From the NCBI GenBank assembly GCA_963577905.1, contig CAUYZR010000003.1, positions 1-41,532 on the forward strand: DNA of 41,532 bases, given 5' to 3'. Position 1 is the first letter of the stretch, and the number at the start of each line of letters is the position of its first letter. The notes beneath the pieces are model-generated. The model did no database searches, had not been told where the DNA came from, and saw only the letters and a list, made by a program, of their open reading frames with translations. Shown here piece after piece: positions 27,246-35,532 of this stretch. This stretch comes from Candidatus Thalassarchaeaceae archaeon (lineage in GTDB: Archaea; Thermoplasmatota; Poseidoniia; MGIII; CG-Epi1). The translations under genes and the position numbers were made by a program.

Positions 27246-28202
27246 GTGTCAGATTTAAATTTACCTAATATACTTGCTGTTGATGATGATTATGCTGTAC
27301 GTATGGGTCTGGATTTCATGTTTAAAAAATGGCCAGAATATAATTTGGTCTTAGCTGAAGATCCAAATGATGCCCTTGCTAAGTTAGATGAACGAGAATA
27401 TCTTATGATGTTCAGTGATATCCATATGCCAATTATGTCCGGACTTGAATTATTACAGATAATAAAAGATAAAAGACCAGATATGCCCGTTATTATGTTA
27501 ACTTCTGAGACTGATATACATAGTTCAATTACAGCTTTCCGTTATGGGGCAATGGATTATTTGTTGAAACCGATGACAACGTCTACAGTACGTGATGCAA
27601 TAGATAAGGCAGCACTCTATGTCGAGAAATTATCTAGCAAAACTCTTGGAGTAATAGACATGGAAGACTTCAAGAATTTGGCCGAGAATTTTACTCCAGA
27701 GAAAATGGGCCTTACCACATCAGGTTCTAAAAGTTCCGAATTCACTAAATTAGTAACCATGCTCCAGGAGAAATTGATTCATCCAGGTAAGATTGGTCGA
27801 ATCCATAATTTATTCTTATTGTCTAAATCAGGTATAGTTATTGCAAATTTATCTGCGAAAAGTGTTGAACAAACAGATGTTGAGATATTAGGTGGAATGT
27901 TTACAGCAGTAAAAGATTTTATGGAAGATGCAGTAAGCGCTAGTACTACTTCGTCTTTGAACGACATTCAATTCGGTAATTTTCACGTTAAATTTGCTTC
28001 GGGAGCCTTCTCTGAATTGGCAGTAGTGTATACTGGAGTTCTAAATCAAGAAGCAGAGGATGCGATAACTGATACACTTATAGCTTTTGAATTAGAGAAT
28101 ATGGACATTTTGGAAAACTGGGATGGAGATATGTCTAAATTTGGCACTTCGGTTCAACATTTAGAGAGTCTCTTTGCAGCGATTGACAAGGATAAAAGTT
28201 AA
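27246..28202 (+). CDS. Response regulator with a C-terminal longin/roadblock-like output domain
   Basis: Receiver: ILAVDDD, FSDIHMPIMSG, PVIMLTS, GAMDYLLKP. C-terminus: LFLLSKSGIVI..DVEILGGMFTAVKDFM..WDGD. The receiver call is firm; the output fold is inferred. Confidence 0.85.
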   Translation: MSDLNLPNILAVDDDYAVRMGLDFMFKKWPEYNLVLAEDPNDALAKLDEREYLMMFSDIHMPIMSGLELLQIIKDKRPDMPVIMLTSETDIHSSITAFRYGAMDYLLKPMTTSTVRDAIDKAALYVEKLSSKTLGVIDMEDFKNLAENFTPEKMGLTTSGSKSSEFTKLVTMLQEKLIHPGKIGRIHNLFLLSKSGIVIANLSAKSVEQTDVEILGGMFTAVKDFMEDAVSASTTSSLNDIQFGNFHVKFASGAFSELAVVYTGVLNQEAEDAITDTLIAFELENMDILENWDGDMSKFGTSVQHLESLFAAIDKDKS

Positions 28203-29044
28203 TTTTTTCTCAATATAGCAATGATATGGCTTGTACTAGGACCATAAAATTTCACTCTTTCAAATTTTTCTACAACAAAACCCTTTGTTTTCATCAAATC
28301 TGAGAATTTGGTTGGAATACTTCCCCAGTCGCTTCTACTTTTGAACCCCAACCAGTTATTTCGGTATGCTTCGTGAAAGATTACAATTCCTTTATCGTTA
28401 AGATTATCGTATGTATGTTCAAGAAAATCAATAGTATTTCCAATATATCCTAAATGTATGACATCAGCTTTCACATTCACATTTCTACAATCATCATTTA
28501 TAATTTCTATATTTTTAATATTATTATCTTCAACATTCATTGACAAATATTCAATTGATTTTGGATTCTTATCGATGGCCACTATCTTTGTTTGAGGATA
28601 CCCCTTTGCCATTTGTAGAGAGAAATACCCGATACCTGCAAAATAGTCGATGATTGTTTCAGGGTTATCAAATGTATAGAAATCATTGACTTTTCTAGGA
28701 CCTACCAGAGCCGATCTCCAACCAGTGTTACCTGGTGACCACATAATTTCGCTAAGATCTAATTTATAACTTATTCCATATTCAGTGATTACTGTTGTCG
28801 TTTCTTTGCCATATAAAATCTCAACTTTCCCAGGTTTTCTGAGTTCACCACTAATTCTACGTTTTTGTATAATTGTTTTAGCACCTAATTCTTCTGCATA
28901 AAATTTGGCGATTTTGTTTCTTTTATTTTTATCTATGTTTTTAAGATCAAGAATGATAATATCCCCTACTTTCTTCCACTTTTTGGGTAAGTTGTTGTGT
29001 ATCTCTGAACTTATCTTTAGCTTAATATTTTCAAGAGGATTCAT
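28199..29044 (-). CDS. taw2: Trm5/Taw2 (Met-10+) family SAM-dependent tRNA-modifying enzyme, probably Taw2
   Basis: LPKKWKKVGDIII, ISGELRKP, MWSPGN, DYFAGIGYF, DKNP, IHLGY, IFHE; taw3 lies in the same window. Confidence 0.75.
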   Translation of the reverse strand: MNPLENIKLKISSEIHNNLPKKWKKVGDIIILDLKNIDKNKRNKIAKFYAEELGAKTIIQKRRISGELRKPGKVEILYGKETTTVITEYGISYKLDLSEIMWSPGNTGWRSALVGPRKVNDFYTFDNPETIIDYFAGIGYFSLQMAKGYPQTKIVAIDKNPKSIEYLSMNVEDNNIKNIEIINDDCRNVNVKADVIHLGYIGNTIDFLEHTYDNLNDKGIVIFHEAYRNNWLGFKSRSDWGSIPTKFSDLMKTKGFVVEKFERVKFYGPSTSHIIAILRKN

Positions 29045-29904
29045 TATTCAGCTAATTTTCTTAGTAAGGCTATTTCAGGTTTCCACATTTCAGGGCCACC
29101 CGGTGTTTCAAGATATACTGCTAAATCTTTTAATCTTTTCTCCTGCATAAAGTTCTTGAAAGTTTCTTTACCTAATTTTCCCATTCCAATATTATCGTGC
29201 CTATCAACTCTTGATCCTAATTCACTTTTTGAATCGTTAAGATGAAGTGCTACCAAATGTTCCATACCAACTATATTCTCGAAATCGTCCCATGTTTGGC
29301 TAAAATTGTTTTTCCAATCATAACCAGAGGCCCATGCATGTTGTGTATCAATACAAACACCAACTCTCTTTTTGTCATCTATATGGTCAATAATATGTTT
29401 TATTTCTTCGAATTTTATCCCGACATTGGTTCCTTGTCCAGCAGCATTTTCGATTATTAATTTTGATTCATATCCTTTTGTTTTATCTAATGTTTTGTTC
29501 ATGTGATGAGCAATTCGTTCTAATGCATCATATCTTGTTTGTTTATCGTCCCTCATATCTTTTTTTGGATGGGTATGAGACCCCGGGTGGAAATTGAGAT
29601 AGGCAACACCAAGTGCTTCACATCTGTGATATTCTTCTAAGAATGCAACTTGAGCTCTTTTGCCTTTAGTTTCATCTGGACTTCCCATGTTTATCAAATA
29701 TGAATCATGTATCATAAGGGGGCCAAGATCGGTTTCAGATAATGGTTTTTTGAATCCTTCTATTTGTTCTTCAGTTAGTGGTTTTGCTATCCATTGTCTT
29801 TGATTTTTACTAAACATTTGAAATGTATCAGCTTCTATTTCCAAAGCCCAAGGGATTGCGTTCTGAAGTCCCCCTGCAACACTTACGTGAGCTCCTAGTC
29901 TCAT
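29044..29904 (-). CDS. nfo: Endonuclease IV
   Basis: LGAHVSVAGG, HDSYLIN, NFHPGS, ENAAGQG, CIDTQH, HLNDS, DRHDNIG, LETP. Confidence 0.96.
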   Translation of the reverse strand: MRLGAHVSVAGGLQNAIPWALEIEADTFQMFSKNQRQWIAKPLTEEQIEGFKKPLSETDLGPLMIHDSYLINMGSPDETKGKRAQVAFLEEYHRCEALGVAYLNFHPGSHTHPKKDMRDDKQTRYDALERIAHHMNKTLDKTKGYESKLIIENAAGQGTNVGIKFEEIKHIIDHIDDKKRVGVCIDTQHAWASGYDWKNNFSQTWDDFENIVGMEHLVALHLNDSKSELGSRVDRHDNIGMGKLGKETFKNFMQEKRLKDLAVYLETPGGPEMWKPEIALLRKLAE

Positions 29905-29954
29905 GGTTTTACTAATTCAAGGCTACCTTAATAATAACTATTCGATAAGAGTCT

Positions 29955-30752
29955 GTGAAATTTTCAGTAGTAGCTAATGCTCGCCATGCAGGAATCAAGA
30001 AAATACTGACTAAGGTAATTGGTTTCCTGGATGATTTTGAACTTGAGGAGGAGACTGCTAAAGTTGTAAATCTGAAAGGGACGCCTCTTAGTGAATTACG
30101 GGGCGACATGGTGATTTCTCTGGGAGGTGATGGCACTTTATTGTATATTTTATCAAAAGTGAACAAGCCTATCTTTGGAATTAACTGCGGAGGTGTTGGG
30201 TTTCTGGCTGAAATGGAGCATAGCGAAGATATTTTCACGGCAATTAAAAATTTGGAAAAAGGTGAGTTTCTAAATCAGAAATTACAGAGAATAGACACCT
30301 ACATCAATGAACATCATGTTGGCTCAGCCCTCAATGAAGTCGTATTGCATACCTCTCGTGTAGCTAAAATACAAGGATTCGAGATCCATATTGATGGCGT
30401 TCTAGCCGACAGTTTTAGAGGCGATGGCTTGATAATTTCAACACCTACAGGTTCTACAAGCTACGCAATGTCATTGGGTGCTCCAATCCTGTACCCAACT
30501 ATGGAAGCTCATATTATTGTTCCCATAGCTGCCTATAGGATCGGTGCCCGACCCTTGGTTGTTCCATCCAATTATGAGATAACAGCAAAGTTAACTGGCA
30601 ATCCCGAGGCAGTTATGGTATTAGATGGTCAAGAAGAGATATTGATTACAATCGATGATAATGTAAAGTTCAAAAAGGCATCCAAATCTGTTGAAGTAAT
30701 AAGATTCAAGGATAATTTCTTTGAGAGAGTGAGAAACAAATTGAGGTTGTAG
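29955..30752 (+). CDS. nadK: NAD kinase
   Basis: LGGDGTLL, GINCGGVGFL, ALNE, GDGLIISTPTGSTSYAMSLG. Confidence 0.95.
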   Translation: MKFSVVANARHAGIKKILTKVIGFLDDFELEEETAKVVNLKGTPLSELRGDMVISLGGDGTLLYILSKVNKPIFGINCGGVGFLAEMEHSEDIFTAIKNLEKGEFLNQKLQRIDTYINEHHVGSALNEVVLHTSRVAKIQGFEIHIDGVLADSFRGDGLIISTPTGSTSYAMSLGAPILYPTMEAHIIVPIAAYRIGARPLVVPSNYEITAKLTGNPEAVMVLDGQEEILITIDDNVKFKKASKSVEVIRFKDNFFERVRNKLRL

Positions 30753-30756
30753 AAAC

Positions 30757-32235
30757 GTGAAAAAACGAAAAACTCGATTGAGAGGAACTAAGACAGCTGC
30801 CAAGTCTGAGCAGAAGAAATTAAGAAAACGTATCGATAAAATCAAGGAACGGCCGGAGTTGTTATTGCCTTGGACCAAGGAAGGCACAACTGCTCATGAC
30901 ATCTATGCGAAAGTGTTAAAAGACTTGGAATTGGCCAAGGAACAATATCTGAATCCACCCAGTTTCTTTTCAAGTATTCTTGGCCCTAAACCAAAGGATA
31001 CTATGGCCAAGGCCTATGCAGCCTCTCTTAAGATCCTGGATTCTGGGGCTCCAGTCATGGCCATTGCCCGTTTTCCTCATGGAGAGGTAAATTATGTGAT
31101 GCGTGGTTCTGGTATTTCCAAAGAAAAATTGATAGGAATCCAGAATTATCATCATAGACTCTGGTCTCGTTTTGCCCATCTTGACTATGTGAAAAAATAC
31201 AAGTTGTACATTTATGCTCTCGAAAAAGGTCTGATCTGTAGTGGTAATGACCCCCAATATCCTCCACAATTATGGGATGAGGTATGTTCTTCTTTAAAAT
31301 TGAAGGAATCAAAGGAGACGCTGTTTGGAGTGAATGTATTTTGTGGTTCTATCCAGAAATCTATTACGATTCCTTACAAGAGACTCTTAAAATCAAAGGA
31401 GAACAGTTACAGTCATTTCTTGAAACACCAAATAGCCTTTGATCAGGACGCAGATTTTATTCTTTCAGTCAAAACTTCCTTATCAGACCTAGCTCCAGAT
31501 GTTCCCGAAAATATTTTTGATAATTACAAAAAAGGAATACAGGGCGATTCCGATTTGTGGGAATCAGTCATGATTTTTCAGAAAAAGAAGGTAATGGATT
31601 TAGATGAACAAGTCTTTATAATTTCCAATAATCCAATTTCCAGAGAGGAATTGATTACAAGGATAGGTCACAATAAGATTGATGAGGCCATTATAGCCGA
31701 TATCTTGGTTGATTATACGGGAACGATAATATTGGACAATATCACCTTATCCAGTTTCACGGAATACACTTGGGAGGCAGTAGGGCAAGATATTGCAGAA
31801 AAATTCGATCCTAATTCTTCTAGGCGGTACGACGGTAAAAATTCTCTTGAAATCTTGAGAAGGTTGTATAATCGTGTTGTTAAAGACAGCCTGACAAGTG
31901 AATATCCCAAATTCAGGTCATTGGCTGAACCCTTGCAGTTATTGGATAAAGTAGTCAGGTTACTTAAATCCGGAGAGAAGAGTAAAGCCATTAAAGAAAT
32001 AGAAACTTCCTCATCGAACAACAATATGACCAAATCACTCTCTTGGTCAGCTTTGATGTGTTTGAATGCTACATCTAGTAGGGCATGGAAGTATAGTAAG
32101 GAGGAACAAGCACTCGGTGAAACCTTGAAATCTCCGGTTCAAAGTCTAATTGATAGCAAACCATCGGAATATCTGGGAATATTAGAGGATATTTCAACTA
32201 GAATAGGGCTTGGAAATAAATTGGAAGTTATTTAA
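30757..32235 (+). CDS. Hypothetical soluble protein with a basic N-terminus
   Basis: 492 aa uninterrupted ORF starting 4 nt after nadK; no function recognised. Confidence 0.8.
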   Translation: MKKRKTRLRGTKTAAKSEQKKLRKRIDKIKERPELLLPWTKEGTTAHDIYAKVLKDLELAKEQYLNPPSFFSSILGPKPKDTMAKAYAASLKILDSGAPVMAIARFPHGEVNYVMRGSGISKEKLIGIQNYHHRLWSRFAHLDYVKKYKLYIYALEKGLICSGNDPQYPPQLWDEVCSSLKLKESKETLFGVNVFCGSIQKSITIPYKRLLKSKENSYSHFLKHQIAFDQDADFILSVKTSLSDLAPDVPENIFDNYKKGIQGDSDLWESVMIFQKKKVMDLDEQVFIISNNPISREELITRIGHNKIDEAIIADILVDYTGTIILDNITLSSFTEYTWEAVGQDIAEKFDPNSSRRYDGKNSLEILRRLYNRVVKDSLTSEYPKFRSLAEPLQLLDKVVRLLKSGEKSKAIKEIETSSSNNNMTKSLSWSALMCLNATSSRAWKYSKEEQALGETLKSPVQSLIDSKPSEYLGILEDISTRIGLGNKLEVI

Positions 32236-32259
32236 AACAGCCTTAGATGGAGAAAATCC

Positions 32260-32336
32260 GGGTCCGTGGTCTAGTTGGTTATGACGTCGCCTTGACATGG
32301 CGGAGATCCCCGGTTCGAATCCGGGCGGACCCACCA
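32260..32336 (+). tRNA. tRNA-Val(GAC)
   Basis: Acceptor stem GGGTCCG/CGGACCC, anticodon arm TCGCC-TTGACAT-GGCGG (GAC at 32294-32296), T arm CCCGG-TTCGAAT-CCGGG, encoded ACCA; TTTAAA box at 32231-32236. Confidence 0.97.
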
Positions 32337-32387
32337 TTAAGGTGCATGTTTTTTAATGTAGGAAAGCACAGGGCTCTAGACTCACGA

Positions 32388-33671
32388 CTAGGGAGTTAAT
32401 CTATTTCGATCACGGGGGAATAATACACATTCTCTGACATTCTTTGCTCCAGCAAAAATCATTGCCAATCTATCTAATCCTAATCCCCAACCAGCATGTG
32501 GTGGCATTCCATATCTAAATGGATCCAGATAATGGTTAAATCCTTCAGGATCTAATCCTTGTTCCTTCAATCTTTCTCTAAGCAAATTAACATCATGGAC
32601 TCTTTGACCACCCGAAGTCATCTCAACTTCATTATACATAAAATCGAAACCTTTACTGTATTTTGGATCATCATCGGGCTGTATGTAGAAAGGTTTCAAT
32701 GACAAAGGCCACTTGGTAATGAAATAGAAGCCATTCATCTGTTCAGCTATAGCTCTTGTAGCTTCCATTGACAAATCTTCACCCCACTCTACTTTTCCTT
32801 GTGCCATTTTAACAGCTTCATCATATGTAATACTTGGTAATGGCAACTCAAGTTCAATAGGTTCTATTCCTAATGTCTCTAATGCTTTAGTTTCTTTTGA
32901 AACAGCTCTAGCTGCTGTGGCAACCAATCTTTCCATAACACCCATTACAACGTCATCATCAGCAAATGACATTTCAATATCAATTGAGATAAATTCGTTT
33001 AAATGTCTTGGAGTGTTATGTTCTTCTGCTCTAAATGCTGGTCCTACCTCGTAAACTCTCTCTAATCCTCCACTCATTAATATTTGTTTGTAAAGTTGAG
33101 GAGATTGTGCAAGATATGCAGTCTTATCAAAATATTTCATCTCGAATAAGGAAGTTCCACCTTCTGTTGCTGAGGCAATAATTTTAGGAGTTTGTACTTC
33201 TAAAAAGTTTTCTCTTCTAAGATGTTTATGGACTGCACCAGATATCGCAGCTCTAATTTGGAAGTTTGCCGCAATTTCTGTTTTTCGAAGATCTAAATAT
33301 CGTGCATTTAATCTGGTTTCTATTTCACTATCTATTTTATCGATTACACCTAAAGGTAATGGTGTTTCAGCTTCATTCATTAATTCTATATTGTCTGGTA
33401 ACATTTCAACACCACCAGGTGCTTCTTTGTTTTCTTTGACTATTCCTCTAACTAAAATAATGGATTCACGATTAATGTTGGCCCAACTTTTGAAATTTTC
33501 TTCTCCTAATTTTTTCTTTAAGAGTGTCAACTGGATTACACCCGTAATATCTCTTAATTGAATAAAGGCTATACCGCCTAGGTTTCGTGTATCCTGTAAC
33601 CAACCACAAAGCGTTTGCTCAGAACCAAAGTCAGATTCCTCAATTTCCCCACATTTCCGCGTGTAAAACAT
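32388..33671 (-). CDS. aspS: Aspartate-tRNA ligase, archaeal type, probably non-discriminating
   Basis: GWLQDTRNLGGIAF, ATEGG, YLAQSPQLYKQ, FRAEEHNTPRHLNEF, GMPPHAGWGLGLDR, LFPRD. Confidence 0.97.
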   Translation of the reverse strand: MFYTRKCGEIEESDFGSEQTLCGWLQDTRNLGGIAFIQLRDITGVIQLTLLKKKLGEENFKSWANINRESIILVRGIVKENKEAPGGVEMLPDNIELMNEAETPLPLGVIDKIDSEIETRLNARYLDLRKTEIAANFQIRAAISGAVHKHLRRENFLEVQTPKIIASATEGGTSLFEMKYFDKTAYLAQSPQLYKQILMSGGLERVYEVGPAFRAEEHNTPRHLNEFISIDIEMSFADDDVVMGVMERLVATAARAVSKETKALETLGIEPIELELPLPSITYDEAVKMAQGKVEWGEDLSMEATRAIAEQMNGFYFITKWPLSLKPFYIQPDDDPKYSKGFDFMYNEVEMTSGGQRVHDVNLLRERLKEQGLDPEGFNHYLDPFRYGMPPHAGWGLGLDRLAMIFAGAKNVRECVLFPRDRNRLTP

Positions 33672-33675
33672 ATTT

Positions 33676-34794
33676 CTAGTTTATCGGATACCTCAGCATT
33701 GCCGCTAGCCCTCCAAAAGCCTTCTGTAATGATTTTCCCTCTTCACTATCTGTTGAGATAATAGAGACCTCAGCCTTACTATTCTCAGCTAGTTCTCCCA
33801 ATCTTTTCACAGTACCTTCTTCTATATTGGGCATCTTTTCCAAACCTTCGGAAATTAATAATAGATCAACGGCTCCCATTTCCAAGGCGGTATTAACTTG
33901 TTTAAATCCATATGTCGCCAAAGTTCCTTTCGGAGACAATACTTCCTTCATGAATCGTTCCATGATTACTTTTTCCTTAATTAATTGAATTTCAGACAAA
34001 CGGTTTGAACCTCTGGTCACTAATTCTCTAAGTCCAGTCTCATCTGTATATCCCGTGTCAAAAGTATCGATTACAATCTTATTTAATTCATGGTTAAGAT
34101 AATCTTTACTTAAAAAATAATCTTTTGTTGCTCCTGGTCCTCCTATTAAGATACCTTCTAGATCACTTCCAAGAAAACATTCTGTTGCCGAGCTTCCAAT
34201 CTTTTTGTACCATTCATGAGCGGCTTCCTCAATTAAACGTTCAAATCTTCTTTTGGATTGGCCTCCCTTTCCATGTTTGGATGGGACTTGTGAGAACATG
34301 TGTTTTAGTGTAGTGATGGTTGCCCCTTTCAACATTCCCAAAGTAGATTCAGATCTATCTATAACAATCAGGCCGAATTGGGTTTTGGTTTCACCCAGGG
34401 CCTCTAAAGGTTCAAGGAAAAAACCTGAATCACACCTATAGAGGAAAGCTGGCACCGGTTCTGGAGGGACCACTACTTCCTGGATCATAGTCGTCTGATT
34501 CCCTCCTTTAGCAACATGGCCGACAAAGAATACCATCCCGTTTTCGGGAGGATTCTTGTACATTTTAAGACGGGACATTATGGATTCTATGGCCGCACTG
34601 ACATTCTTTTTGGTTGACTTTGATTTGATATTGGCAGACTGTGAAGCCTCATTACGGAGATAGGCTTGAACTTCATGGATCTTGCGGTCGGGAGGGATGT
34701 AAAGACTGACAAGTTCTGTAGCATGTCCTCTATAGTTCTTGATTCGTTCAAGAGATTGCTTGAATTCATATTTCTGTAGTGATTCAGAACTCAT
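33676..34794 (-). CDS. prf1: Peptide chain release factor aRF1
   Basis: TELVSLYIPP, NIKS, YRCDSGF, GKGGQS..RFERL, FGGLAAMLRY. Confidence 0.97.
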   Translation of the reverse strand: MSSESLQKYEFKQSLERIKNYRGHATELVSLYIPPDRKIHEVQAYLRNEASQSANIKSKSTKKNVSAAIESIMSRLKMYKNPPENGMVFFVGHVAKGGNQTTMIQEVVVPPEPVPAFLYRCDSGFFLEPLEALGETKTQFGLIVIDRSESTLGMLKGATITTLKHMFSQVPSKHGKGGQSKRRFERLIEEAAHEWYKKIGSSATECFLGSDLEGILIGGPGATKDYFLSKDYLNHELNKIVIDTFDTGYTDETGLRELVTRGSNRLSEIQLIKEKVIMERFMKEVLSPKGTLATYGFKQVNTALEMGAVDLLLISEGLEKMPNIEEGTVKRLGELAENSKAEVSIISTDSEEGKSLQKAFGGLAAMLRYPIN

Positions 34795-34845
34795 TATTTT
34801 TGGTAACAGGGGACCTTTTTATGGTATTGCTTGCAATTTGTGCAG

Positions 34846-35532
34846 TTACTGTGTAGTTACAACTCCGCTTGTATCGTAGTCTAAATCTACCTCATAATAG
34901 AAATATATGGGATCAGCAGTTGAGCCTATTGGCGTATTAGGTCCTAAAAGGTCTCTTCCTGTTTTTTCTCCACCTATGTTTGTCCCATAACCTCTATCAA
35001 CTACAAAAAAATAGGTATCAGAATGGAGTGTAATTCCCACTCTATATTTGGTCGTTTCTCCTTTACCCAATGAAGATTCTAATTCAGATAAATGAAAATT
35101 GCTAAATCCATAGGTTTCTCCATTTACAAAGCTTTTATAATTTTCATGATTTAGTATCATTACTCTGCCCGTTCCTGAAGCGTAGCCACTATCTAGGCTA
35201 TAGGTAAAGGATGAAACTGACCATCCCAAATCTACAACTCCATTAACATATCCTAATTCACAAGCAAAAAATGATTTGGAATGCACTACCACACGTTCCG
35301 TTTCATCGGTACTTGCGCTACTATCCTTATCATTGCAATAGTCTAATCCAAAATCTCCAGTGAAACCATTATTTCCTGCAAATCCTCCAGTCGTAAACAG
35401 CAAGAAGAGAATAGCTACAGGTATTACATAATCGTCATTTATGGAGCCCATATCTACACCCAATAGCCCGTAATAGAGTGCTATGGATAGTATCAATACT
35501 AAAAATATTATAAGTAATACACTCAACTGCAT
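34846..35532 (-). CDS. Hypothetical membrane protein (two N-terminal TMs plus a beta-rich domain)
   Basis: 228 aa; two hydrophobic stretches then soluble beta-rich sequence; abuts the upstream gene. Confidence 0.7.
   Translation of the reverse strand: MQLSVLLIIFLVLILSIALYYGLLGVDMGSINDDYVIPVAILFLLFTTGGFAGNNGFTGDFGLDYCNDKDSSASTDETERVVVHSKSFFACELGYVNGVVDLGWSVSSFTYSLDSGYASGTGRVMILNHENYKSFVNGETYGFSNFHLSELESSLGKGETTKYRVGITLHSDTYFFVVDRGYGTNIGGEKTGRDLLGPNTPIGSTADPIYFYYEVDLDYDTSGVVTTQ

Noticed and set aside
32260-32387. tRNA-Val as an integration site
   Set aside because: No integrase and no duplicated tRNA 3' end seen in the window; the flanks are housekeeping genes.
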